This document shows positions 41,378 to 53,150 of a stretch of 64,000 bases of DNA, one piece after another. The notes beneath the pieces were generated by a model that had not been told where the DNA came from, ran no database searches, and saw only the letters and a list, made by a program, of their open reading frames with translations. The DNA is from Octopus vulgaris (taxonomy: Eukaryota): contig OX597823.1 of the NCBI GenBank assembly GCA_951406725.2, positions 77,376,001 to 77,440,000 of the forward strand. The letters are read 5' to 3'. The position numbers were made by a program, and so were the translations under genes. Every line of letters begins with the position of its first letter. Position 1 is the stretch's first letter.

Positions 41378-41655
41378 CAAATTCCAGCACACAGATCTCC
41401 TTTCTGTTAAATATTATATGGGTCAAACAAGTTTCAGACATAATGTTTCCATCAAGCAACATCTAATTCAAACACTTTTCCATAAAACACTTTTTCTTTT
41501 TGCTAAACATTGGCATAAAGCATCCTTCTATCTATCAAACATTTTCATTAAACATCAAAGGAATCTTCTACATGTTTATTCAATTGGTTAGAAAAATCAC
41601 CCAACTCTCACTCAAATTGCACCTTACTGTCTTGAAAAGCAATAACATGTTAGAT

Positions 41656-41786
41656 ATATTAATAGTTATCGCCAAGCTAATATGCCAGTCCAGAAATATA
41701 GGACGAATGCTGCTGTTGGATGCTGCCGAATGTTACCGTCCTATATTTCTGGACTGACATGTTAGCTCGGTGATAACTATTAATAT
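41656..41786. mobile_element. Fold-back MITE-like hairpin
   Basis: 50-bp arms (41656-41705 / 41737-41786) with 4 transition mismatches and a 31-nt loop. Confidence 0.75.
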
Positions 41787-41929
41787 CTAGTACCGCTGCC
41801 GTAGTCTCCTTTAGAGAGACTTAGAAATTTCAATATTTCTATGTTAGATATAATTTAGACTAAATAGACTTAGTCTGAGTAAAAAATATAACCTTACACT
41901 TACAGTTAGAATATATTTGAAAATAGATT

Positions 41930-42140
41930 ATCATCATCATCATTTAACGTCCATTGTCCATGTTTGTGTAGGTAGGATGGTTTGACCAGGGCTGGTAAGA
42001 TGAAGGGCTGCATCAGACTCTAGTCTGATTTGGTATGGTTTCTATGGCTGGATGCTCTTCCTAATTCCAACCACTCCGTGGGTGCTTTTATGTGCCACCA
42101 GCACAGGTACCAGTTGTATGACACCAGTATCTGCTACTAT
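41930..42140 (-). mobile_element. RTE-type 3' tail
   Basis: (CAT)n-tttaacgtcc...ggctggatgctcttcctaa. Confidence 0.72.
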
Positions 42141-43092
42141 TACAGTTTCATCTATTTGATAAGAGCTAAACTGAGTTTAAACAACCACAAACTCTCTGGC
42201 TTAAATTCCTTCTCACAGAATCGCAGCATCTTCCAGCATGGCTTGGAATTAATTCTGGTAAATTCTTTGGGAAATATATTAATCCATTACAAGTAATTTA
42301 TCCTCAAGAAGAGGTGAGATGAGTTCTGTATAACAACAAAACTTCTTTGGAATTTCATCCTGCTGCTGCATAGGATATTACATACTAGACATCTAGAAAT
42401 TAAAAGTTGAGTGTTCTGGGCCAAAATGCAGTTGAGTGATTAAGAACTATTGAATCCTTGGTTTACTGGAAGCTCATTCTCCTACCAACATAATTTTCAC
42501 TTCCTTAAAAACTTTATTGAATTATCTGGAAGAAAAAAATCACAAAATGTGATACTTCTTCTCTATCAAACAGCTCAATAAACATTCAATAAACACCCTT
42601 TAAACAACTTAATTCAAAAAATGTCACACAGTTTCATCAAACATGATTTGTCAACAAAAATTGTATCAGACATCAGTCAAACACTTAATGAAAAATCTCT
42701 TCAACAAGCATCTCCCTTCAAACAATAATTCAAATCCATCAAATACATTTACTTCAGCAATTTCATGAAACATTTTCTCTACCATTCAAACATGCAAGTA
42801 GGAACTCTCTTCATCAAACAGCTCCATCAAACACCTTTACATCAATAACAATTTGACCAAACATCGTTGACAAATGTTCCAATAGAAATTCTTCTCATCA
42901 AACAACTTTTCTCAAACAATGCTTTTATCAAGCATCATCTACGAAGCACTTCCATCAGCCATTAGTCAGTCACCATTTCCATCAAACAATTTCAAAAAAG
43001 TTAATCAGGAAGCTTTTACACGATCTACTATTTGATCTATAAGAAGTAGTACAAATCATAATCTTATACAAAGGATACATAACTCTTTACTC

Positions 43093-43115
43093 TGAAAGAA
43101 GCCCATCATATATAT

Positions 43116-43146
<31 letters not shown>

Positions 43147-43362
43147 CGTGTGTGTATATGTTTGTGTGTCTTTGTCTGTCCCCCAACATCACTTGACAAC
43201 CAATGCTGGTGTGTTTATGTCCCCGTAACTTAGTGGTTTGGCAAAAGAGACCGATAGAATAAGTACTAGGCTTACAAAGAATAAGTCCTGGGGTCGATTT
43301 GCTCGACTAAAGGTGGTGCTCCGGCATGGCCACAGTCAAATGACTGAAACAAGTAAAAAGAG
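43093..43362 (+). mobile_element. SINE family A, 5'-truncated
   Basis: ctgaaagaagccc...gtcaaatgactgaaacaagtaaaag. Confidence 0.85.
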
Positions 43363-43992
43363 AGATGGCTGGTCAACCTGCTACAAATAACAGCCAAATC
43401 TTCCTCAAATTATACTTTAGTTTGTTTAAAATAGAAGGCCATTTTAGATAATCTAGTGTTAGAAATAATATTTGAAAAGTAGATGCTTTTGATTACAGGT
43501 TTGATCAATTAAAGATCTCTTGAGAGTAAACAACAACATTTTTCTCTATCAAACACAACATCTTCCAAATAAATTTCTTATCAGACACTGTATTCATCAA
43601 AACTTTCACCTTGCAGTATTTCCATCATTTGGAATATCTATCAAACAGCATCAGACAATTGTCAAACACTGATATTTATCAAATAGTCACTGCATCCGAT
43701 ATCTCCCAACAACTTCTCTTCCAGGTGACTATCTCCAAACACACCCCTGTCAAATATCGCATTAATCATTGTTGTCATTTTCATTATAAACCCTCACAAT
43801 CAAGTACCCTTTTTAAAAGTCACCATGTTAAAACATTCTGTCAAATAGCTTTTCTATCAAAAACCTCATCCACTATATGCATTTTTCTTACAAAAGACAA
43901 TATTTATCAGAGTACTTTGTACTCTTGATCAGAGGTTAGCTCAATGAGAGTTGACCTGGATCTAAATGATAGCAATATTAACTATCTTATAA

Positions 43993-44434
43993 AGGCAGCG
44001 AACTGGCAGAAACCTTAGCGTGCAGGGCAAAATGCTTAGCAATATTTCATTTGTCTTTACATTCTGAGTTCAAATTCCACTGAGGTCAACTTTGTTTTTC
44101 ATCGTTTTTGAAGTCGATAAATTGGATACCAGTTGCATACCAGGGTCAATCTAATCAACAGGCCCCCTTCCCCAAAATTTCAGGCCTTGTGCTTAGAGTA
44201 GAAAAGAATTTTTTCTCTTTCAAGGCAGTGAACTGGCTGAAACCTTAGCATGGTAGACGAAATGCTTAGCAGTATTTCATCTGTCTTTACATTCTGAGCT
44301 CAAATTCAGCTGAGTCAACTTAGCTTTTCATCCTTTTGGGAGTCGATAAATTAGGTACCAGTTGCGTACTGGGGTCGATTAAATCGACTGGACCCTCCCC
44401 CAAAATCTCGGACCTTGTGCCTAGAGTAGAAAAT
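43993..44434 (+). mobile_element. Head-to-tail dimer of SINE family B (tail type 2)
   Basis: Two full monomers (about 43993-44210 and 44223-44434) flanked by one direct repeat, aactatctta. Confidence 0.85.
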
Positions 44435-44539
44435 AATATAAACTATCTTAAAATGAATGCCAGCATGTGTTAGAAACAACAAACTAGTCAACTAGCAGAA
44501 ACTACACTAACTTTCACCACCAACAAATCAGTGTTAATG

Positions 44540-44970
44540 TGACCATATGGTTAAAAAGCTTGCTTTCCAATCATGTGGTTTTAGGTTCAGTCTAACCGCA
44601 TCGCACCTTGAACAAAGTGTATTTTACTAGAGCCCTAGGCTGAACAAAGTCTTGTGAGTGGATTTGGTAGTTGGAAACTGAAAGAAGCCTGTTGTGTGTG
44701 TATGTGTGTGTGTGTGTGTGTGTGTGTATGCCCTTGTCTAAACATCATATGTGATGGTTGTGAATGAGCATCATCATCATCATACAAGTAATCCTGTATG
44801 ACACATGAAGCATGTCTAGTGTCAAGAAAGTATTGCCTTGCTTGGAAACAAGTGAAGGTTAGTGACAGGAAGAACATCCAATTGTAGAAAATCTGCCTTG
44901 ACATATTCCGTCTGACCCATGCAAGCATAGAATAGTAGATATTAAAGATCATGATGATAATGATGATGAT
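44540..44970 (+). mobile_element. SINE A head and core joined to an RTE-type tail
   Basis: Family A 5' half, (TG)n, then ggaaacaagtgaaggtt..gacaggaagaacatcc..tgtagaaaatctgc..acccatgcaagcatag..(GAT)n. Confidence 0.7.
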
Positions 44971-45724
44971 ATTAGGAACAGGAAATTATTCAGTTGCCAT
45001 AAATGACACAAGCTTTTACTACCATAGCTAGTGTTTCTGCAGTCACTGCCACTGCCAACACCACAGCACTTTTCATTCATGCAAAATGATATTGATTAAA
45101 ACACTTTCACTTCTCTTCTTGATGGAATACCACAACATCCATATCAATTCTCCAAATGTGTAATTGTGCATTTACTAAGATAATGAAATCTCCCCGCCAC
45201 CCCTTTTTTTTATTAACTCAAAGACATTGTACAAGAGTTTAATCTAACTTCAAGCTTGTGAGTAAAACTTGACCTTTAAAATTTGATCTTATGCAATTTC
45301 CAACATAAATTATTATGAACTCAGATCAGTGTTAAAACTGACCTTTCAGCAACCAGAAAGAGTGCGTCTTTATTTGTTTGTCCAATGGGAGTTGACCTTT
45401 TTGGTCAACTTTGTTTATGCATCCATGTTAAATATTTCTGTCTGGTCAAAGAAATCAGGAATTTAATTTAAATAGAAGGTTCTGATTTCAGAAAAGGTTA
45501 AATTTGCTTTGATGCATTATTTTTGAAAAATATAAAATCTGCTATATCTTATATTTATCTATGTTTATGTTGACCCTGAATGATATGAGGGACCTTACTG
45601 TCTGGACATTGAATCTACAATGACCATTACTTCTGGAGGACACAATGTTTATCGACCATATAACTAATACATCGAATTTTAATTTATCTTACTTCAGGAA
45701 CAATAAATATTTGGATGAGCCGCC

Positions 45725-46030
45725 TTCTAAAAGATTGTATGACCTACTAGAAACAGGATCCAAATTGCCCTCAAATCATATCCTGCCATTTGGATGAGCC
45801 AATATGGAAATCTCTACAAGATTATTTGATTTACTAGAAGTAAAAGCTAAAGCCATCTCAAATCACATCCTACCATCTTATAAAATGAAGGACACGTTCA
45901 AAAATTGTGAGTGGTTCTTATACACTGTGACTGAAAAACAAAAAAGAAAATGGTGCATTTGGAATGTCTTTAAAGATCAGTCTGGTCAGTTGCTGCTGAC
46001 CAAGGGTTAAACAATAAAAACAATAACAGC
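45725..46030 (+). mobile_element. Old SINE-like 3' region (family D)
   Basis: gacctactagaaa..caaat.ccctcaaatca..cc...ctgacc.agggttaaacaa. Related pieces occur at 41580-41650, 43365-43537 and 48720-48850. Confidence 0.5.
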
Positions 46031-46479
46031 AACCTTATAAGTGGAACACTGGATTCTAAGTTATTTGAGTTTAGTATTACTAAGACCTAATAGTTAATAC
46101 CTGGCAAGGAAAATGTGATCTGAGGATATTCCAGTGTTGCAGTTTAGGGAATGAAAGATGACAGTGTTTAGTTCGAGGTTCATAACATAAATTGTTATAA
46201 TATAAATATAATCAGCAGTCCAAAGAATCTGGTCAGTAAAAATGATCAGTGAAGTTGATGGATTGAATTAAGTTTGCATGCCATGGGTAGAAGAGGAATA
46301 TGTCACACTATATAAATTTATCTCCTCTCTTTTCTTTAGTCCTTATCTTTTAATCGAGTTACAAAGCCATCTTGATCTGGGGAAGTCCTTTATGTTCCAT
46401 GTCTGACAACAGCTGATTTCTTCCAAAATAAATAGCAAGTAGGGAGAGAGAGACAGAGACAGAGAGAAAGAGAGAGAGA

Positions 46480-46610
46480 GATTGTGAGTGAGAGAGAGAG
46501 ATTGTTTGTGAGAGAGAGAGATTGTGTGTGAGAGAGAGAGATTGTGTGTGTGAGAGAGAGAGATTGTGTGTGAGAGAGAGAGAGAGATTGTGTGTTTGAG
46601 AGAGAGAGAC
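46480..46610. repeat. ~20-bp minisatellite built from (GA)n-TT-(GT)n
   Basis: Units gagagagagattgtgtgt repeated about 6 times. Confidence 0.85.
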
Positions 46611-47412
46611 TGATAGGAGTGCTGGACTGGTACTTTATTCATTAAAATTAAAAGGATAAAAAAAAAAGACAAAGCTGAATGTAGCAGGATTTGAACTCAG
46701 AGCTCAGAGTGCTAGAATGAGCACTCATGACTCTACCACTTCACCATTTTATAAACTTATGCAAACTCACAAGCATCATTTCATCCTAACATGGTGATTG
46801 AATAATGAATTCCAATCTCCTTGTTTTACAGTTGTTGACATTACCACAATACACACTTTCTTATTGAAAAATGCTCTTGTTTGTCAGTGGATGAGATATA
46901 TTAAAAGGAACAGGAATCAATGTCGTGGTGATATTAATGTAAAAGTCAAAGAGAAGATACAGCAAATATATCAGTAGGTTAGTCGCTGATTGCCATGTTA
47001 AATTAGCCATAACATAAAACCACTTTAATTTAGTTTACTGGGTATACCTGGATGTTAGGATAATGGTTGATTGTAGAGTCCAAATGTTTTGATAACATTC
47101 GACAATGGTGACATAATGCTTGTTTTCCAATTTCTTTTGGTTAAACCACAAGTTAAGTTTTGCATGGATAGATGTGTGGCTGATTGAATTTTAATCCACT
47201 GTATTGATTTCTGACATTGGCAAGAATTCATGACATTGACAAAGTGAGGTATTTAGACAATAATATCAATCTCAGTACTTGACTGGTGTTTATTTTATCA
47301 ATCCCAGACAGATGAAATATAAATGCGACTGATACGAGGATAGGAATTTTAAGGGAGAAGTAAGTCAGTTACATGGACCCCAGTACTTAACTGGTACTTA
47401 TTTTATCAACCC

Positions 47413-47569
47413 GGCGAGCTGACAGAACCGTTAGCACATTCTGAGTTCAAATTCCGCTGAGGTTGACTTTGCTTTTCATCCTAGTACCAGTTACGCACTG
47501 AGGTTGATATAATAAACTTAATCCGTTTGTCCTCTCTGTGTTTAGCCCTTTGTGGGTAGTAAATAAATA
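47413..47569 (+). mobile_element. Internally deleted SINE B inserted into an older antisense SINE B
   Basis: Exact 20-bp TSD ggtacttattttatcaaccc (47393-412 / 47570-589). Confidence 0.88.
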
Positions 47570-47815
47570 GGTACTTATTTTATCAACCCTGAAAGGATGA
47601 AAGGTAAAATTTGAGTGGGGCATTTTTTAAAGTTGGGAGAAGTGACATACATTGTAGGGCTGACCAAGATTACTGAATATCATGATGCCAACTCTGGACA
47701 TCCATCTTTCGCTGAGGAAAGTGAATGGCTTAGTTGTTAGAATATTGCACTCGTGATTGCAACATCAGGATTTCAATTCCTGAATCAGGTGGTGCATTGT
47801 ACTCTTGAGCGAAAC

Positions 47816-48455
47816 TGTATCATGAAAATTGTTTGAAAACAATTATTCGAAAAACAGTTCTTTTTTTTTTTTCCCTACTTGTTTCAGTCATTTGACTGCA
47901 GCCATGCTGGAGCACCACCTTTAGTTGAACAAATTGACCCCAGGACTTATTCTTTGTAAGCCTAGTACTTATTCTATCAGTCTCTTGTGCTGAACTGCTA
48001 AGTTACAGGGACATAAACACACCAACACCGGTTGTCAAGCGATAGTGGGGGGACAAACACAGACACACACACAAACATATATATATATATATACAACGAG
48101 CTTCTTTCAGTTTCCATCTATTAAATCAGCGCACAAGGATTTGGTCGGCCTGAGGCTATAGTAGAAGACACTTGCCCAAGGCATCACACAGTGGGACTGA
48201 ACCCAGAACCATGTGGTTGGTAAGCAAGCTACTTACCACACAGCCGCTCCTGCGTCTATTCAAAATAAATATCATTTCTCTACTTGATTTTTAATTTTAT
48301 CATTTTTGTTTAAATAAAATCAAAAATCTAGAATACCTAACATTTCAAATAATTGTTCTTTTGAATAATTTTCATTCATACAATTTTCCATTCGAATAGA
48401 TGTTTTTCAAATAATTGTTTTCAAACAATTATTTTCGAACAATGTTCACATAATC
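47816..48455. mobile_element. MULE-like non-autonomous DNA element with subterminal ~15-bp repeats
   Basis: TSD gagcgaaac / gagtgaaac (47807-15 / 48456-64) splits a SINE C copy. The termini carry inverted aattgtt(t/c)gaaaa repeats. Confidence 0.6.
47860..48256 (-). mobile_element. SINE family A, full length (nested in the DNA element)
   Basis: Complete reverse-complement match. Confidence 0.88.
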
Positions 48456-48859
48456 GAGTGAAACACTTCATTTTCGCATTGCTCCAGTCTACTTAGCTGT
48501 AGATCGACTGGTATCCTTTTAAAGGGAAACTTTGTGATCTTGGTCTCTTATAACACTTATAACACCATGGAAACTGAATAAGTGATCCTACAAGTTTTAG
48601 GACCAGAGAGAGTAATGTCGAAGGGGTTGACAAAGGTAGAAGATAAACATTAGGCAATTTTACAGAGCAGTTACTGCTTACAGCAGCAGCTGATAAAAAC
48701 GTCTGTCTGTCATTGCTCAATCTGTGAGATGTAGCAAATAAATATTCCTCAAATCATCTTAGAAAAAGGAGGACACATTAAGTAATCTAATGCAAGAAGA
48801 CCTTAGGGAAAAGACAAGATGGTCATGTCCAGCAAGAGTTTGGTTATCAAATCAAACCT

Positions 48860-49080
48860 ATTTCTTTACTACCCACAAGGGGCTAAACACAGAGAGGACA
48901 AACAAGGACAGACAAACGGATTAAGTCGATTATATCGACCCCAGTGCATAACTGGTACTTATTTAATTGACTCTGAAAGGATGAAAAGCAAAGTCAACCT
49001 CGGCGGAATTTGAACTCAGAATGTAGTGGCAGACGAAATACCGCTAAGCATTTCGCCCAGCGTGCTAATGCTTCTGCCAT
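48860..49080 (-). mobile_element. SINE family B, tail type 1
   Basis: Near-full copy. Confidence 0.85.
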
Positions 49081-49589
49081 AACCAAAAATCTGGCATCAC
49101 CACCAATATTATCATCATTGGTAACACTATCATGATCACATTTGGATCAGGGATAACCCTGGACCAAATGACAACATTCAGTGCAGTAAATAGAGTGAGT
49201 TAGTGACAGTTAGGACTATTATTGTGGACAACAGTGCAGCTGCACTGATGATAGAATGCAATGACTTCTCAACTGGTTATTCAGCAACATGTTGACCCAG
49301 ATATCTGCAAATTATCCATTAATAAAGTTTGTCTTTAAAATCCTCATACTTTATGGGGTAACATGTTTTTCTTCTGTTGTTTTTTAATTAAATAGCTGAC
49401 GTTATATGTGATTAATAAGAAGATGGAGTGACAAAAATAGCAAATGCTGGATTAAATATCATACTGTAGTTTGCTTCTGAGTTGAAATCTTGCTAGGAAT
49501 GATTTCTGCTGCTTGTGTTTTCATAAGATTGATGAAATAATGAAGTTATTAAACCTTCTTTATTTTGTGTCTTGTGGGAGGGTCGTTAT

Positions 49590-49778
49590 GGCAACAATTT
49601 CCGGGGAGAGAGTAAGTTGATTACATCAACTCCAGCGCTTGACTGTTATTGTATTGACCCCGAAAGAATGAAGTGCTAAGTTAGTCTTGGAAGAATTTGA
49701 ACTCAGAACATAAAGATAAACAAAATGCTGTTAAGTATTTTGTTTGGCTTGCTAACAATTCCGTTAGCTTGCCACCTT
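49590..49778 (-). mobile_element. SINE family B, diverged copy
   Basis: gaccccgaaagaatgaa...gaatttgaactcagaac...ttagcttgccacctt. Confidence 0.7.
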
Positions 49779-49909
49779 TGTCATTAACGGATAAACACAT
49801 GCACAGATTCAATTTCACTTCTTTATTATTATTAGTCGGCTGGTTAAATATTTAACCAGTTGGTTAAACAATTTAATCAGCTGTCTAAGTCGTTTGAAAG
49901 GCCATTCTT

Positions 49910-50141
49910 ATTTCTTTACTGCCCACAAGGGGCTACACACAGAGGGGACAAACAAGAACAAACAAACGGATTAAGTTGATTATATCAACCCCAGTGCGTA
50001 ACTAGTACTTATTTAATCAACCCCGAAAGGATGAAAGGCAAAGACGACCTCGGCAGAATTTGAACTCAGAACATAGCGACAGACGAAATACTGCTAAGCA
50101 TTTCACCTGGTGTGCTAACATTTCTGCCAGCTCGCCGCCTT
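49910..50141 (-). mobile_element. SINE family B, tail type 1
   Basis: Exact 13-bp TSD aaaggccattctt (49897-909 / 50142-154). Confidence 0.9.
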
Positions 50142-50387
50142 AAAGGCCATTCTTGACCTCATCAAGGGCTTGCTCTCTCTCTCTCCTCTAGATCTGCTTC
50201 AAATCTTCTTTCTTACTTCCACACTACAATCTGGAAAGATGAACTCTTCATTGCTAACTTTACTTATGATAGCAGTTAACTCTCTTTCAAATATCACACT
50301 CTTCTACTTGTTTCAACCTTCGAATTTGTACAACTTTTTGTTTTGATGTGTTTTTCATTGTTGTTGCTGTTGTTTATCCTGTTATTA

Positions 50388-50655
50388 AATAAAAATAATA
50401 AATGTGCCCTTTTAAAGCCTAGCCAGGCTCATGGGCCCGATTTCCCTGTTTCAATGGCGTATCTGTTCCCCAGTTGGATGGGACACCAGTCCATCACAGC
50501 GTTACTCATTTTTGCCAGCTGAGTGGACTGGAGCAATGTGAAATGAAGTGTTTTGCTCAAGAACACAATATGTCGACCGGTTCAGGAATCGAAACCACAA
50601 TCTTATGATCATGATGCTGACACCCTAACCACTAAGCCACATGCCATGCTTCCAC
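50388..50655 (-). mobile_element. tRNA-derived SINE family C (V-domain-like core)
   Basis: Head tggcttagtggttag, gtttcgattcc; core tgttcttgagcaaaacactt...gctgtgatggactggtgtcccatcca. Exact 14-bp TSD ttatcctgttatta. Confidence 0.82.
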
Positions 50656-51049
50656 TTATCCTGTTATTACTTGGTATTTAATTCTTTTCACAATAACTAC
50701 TTCTTCCAGATTTGTAATCTCAGATTACTAATTGCAAGTAATTTATGGAGACAATTGATAACCTTTACTCGTAGTATCTTCTTTGCATTTTGACAGTAAA
50801 GAAAACATGAATAACCACAAACTGTGGTTTTTATCCAATTGGATTTAGTAAAAGCAAGCATGGCTATGTCACTGAGAAATTCACTTTAGAATGACGTGGT
50901 TCCGCTTTTTGAGACCATTTTTGTGGCACATTGAACAAATGTCTTATTCTGTAGCCTCAGGTGAACCAGTATCTTGTGAGTAGATTTGGTAGACAGAATC
51001 TGAGCAGGAGCCAGTTGTGTGTGTGTGCACATGTGCATGTGTGTGTTCA

Positions 51050-51849
51050 ATACACATGTACACGGTGGTGATTGCCAATTCTATGCTGAAGAAGGTCTTC
51101 TTTTCACTTAATAAATGGCATCAAGAGATCTCATATGACTATCAAATCTGGCTTTGGACAAACAAACTTTACTTCTGATGTTACAAACATTTTCAGGCAG
51201 AAAAGTATCTGAGATTGAAGTCAAGTCCTATTACCTGTACAATTTTATTCCAATGCTGGATGAGCCATTTGAACAAATTTATCAGACTATAGTTTTGTAC
51301 TAAGTTCAATTTGTTGAAATTAATTTGATCACACATATGAATAGACACATATATACACGTTTGTATATATTTATGAGATTAAATTGTACAATAACAAAAG
51401 TGTAACTTAGCTGTACACGAATTTCAAGCAATATATAAATTTTTAAGCAAAATAAGCACATGTCAGGGCATCAAGGTAAGGAGGGCATACCACAGAAATA
51501 GTAAATGGTTTACAGCACAAAAGAAATCCCTTTGAATTTGCTAAAATAATATTTAGGATGCCTTTATCTCAACTATGTATAGATGTAGATGTATTACCTA
51601 AGATTAATTTTGAAGATTTGATCAAAGACTCTGCAATTCAAAAAGTAGGAGGAAAGTTTTCACATATAAATAAAGAGGAAGTATACAAAAATAAACATTA
51701 TTTTCCCTCTTACTGTTTTGTTTCGTTTTGAAATATAAGAATTTATTTTAAGGTTTGTTATTGTTTATATTTTGACTTACATAATCTTTTATGGGGGCAC
51801 CAGAATCATATAAGTGCTTAGGGCCTCGATGAGTTTTAATCTGGTCCTG
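51050..51849 (+). mobile_element. Decayed hAT transposon 3' part
   Basis: SQLCIDVDVLPKINFEDLIKDSAIQK resembles the end of the hAT dimerisation domain. The terminus is ...gggcctcg..ttaatctggtcctg (reverse of a CAGGGCCGGATT-type TIR). Confidence 0.55.
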
Positions 51850-52049
51850 AGTACCAAGCTGAAATAAGTACTGAGGAGTTGATATGATCAACAAAAGCCT
51901 GATGGCAGTGCTCCAGCAGAGCCAAAGTCTCATGATTGAAAACTAGTAAAAAAGTAAAAGGATTCCCTCTCAAACCTTTTAAAAAGTCTAAAGTGAGTTT
52001 CTTTGACAAAGAATTTGATATAGTGGAATAGAATACCAGTGACCATGCT

Positions 52050-52399
52050 GTACATCATCATCATCACCACCATCATCAGCACCTTTTATTGTCCACTTGA
52101 CTGTGTTTGAATGGATCAGACAGCATTCATTGAGACAGATTTTCTATAAGTGGATGCCCTTTTCTGTTGCCAGCCTTCATTTGTTTCCAAGTTTTTGCCA
52201 CATAAGTGGATGTGATTTCCAGGAAAACTGGAACTGAATGACAAACTTTGTATAAGGGTGACACGCACTTTAAGACTACCATGTGGTTTCAAGACAAGCA
52301 GACAAACACATACATTTACTTACATACCACACACACATACACACACACACACACTCATTTACATATATTCCATACACACACATGTATATATATTTATAT

Positions 52400-52433
<34 letters not shown>

Positions 52434-52825
52434 ACATCATCATCTAACATTCGTCTTCCATGCTGGTATGGGTTGGATGGTTTGACAGGAGCTAAAAAAA
52501 CCAAGCTCTACTGCCTGCTTCGGCTGGATGCCCTCCCTAACACCAACTGCATTACAAAGTGGACTGAGTGCTTTTTATGTGGCACCAGCACAGGCAAGGT
52601 CTGTTTTGGTATGGTTATTGTGATTGGATACCTTTCTTACACACACACACACACACAACATATACAATGGGATTCTTTCACCTTCCATCTACAAAATCCA
52701 CTCAAAATGGTTTGGTCAGCTTGAAGCTATAATAGAAGACACTTGTCCAAAGTGAATCACAGTAAAATTAAACATGAAACTACATGATTGAGAAGCAAAT
52801 GTCTTTCTTAACCACTCAACCATTC
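52050..52825 (-). mobile_element. Cluster of RTE-type tails and a SINE A 5' half
   Basis: Tails at about 52050-52290 and 52440-52640; family A head at about 52665-52825. Confidence 0.65.
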
Positions 52826-53029
52826 CTTTTGCTGTATAATGAAATGATGGTACCCTCTGGCAGTTCAATAAAGATGGTTCTGCAATTTTTTCCTGCACAA
52901 ATGATTTGTTTGTAGTGATTAAATGTCTGTGCATTAACCCACTCCATCAAACAAACTCCCTCATCACATCAGTGTTGCTTGAGCTGGTACACATTGTACC
53001 ATGCATTAGATGTCAAAGCAATCTCAGAA

Positions 53030-53150
53030 TGACATGAGATGAAGCGTTTTGCTCAAGAACATAAACACCATCCAGTCCAGGAATTGAAACTACGATCTCA
53101 TGATTGTGAGTGCAACACCCTAACCACAAAGGCCACACACCCTCACATAA
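53030..53150 (-). mobile_element. SINE family C, 5' part
   Basis: tttgctcaagaaca...ggaattgaaac...caacaccctaaccac. Confidence 0.65.

Larger units (their letters stand above)
40072..43670 (+). repeat. Dispersed strand-specific TCAAACA motif array
   Basis: Hand count of about 21 exact plus-strand copies, plus many 1-mismatch variants (see findings). Confidence 0.8.

Noticed and set aside
40072-43670. CRISPR-like or piRNA Ruby-motif interpretation of the TCAAACA array
   Set aside because: The repeat is only 7-8 nt with irregular spacing, in eukaryotic DNA with no cas genes; the Ruby motif (CTGTTTCA) is different and nematode-specific.
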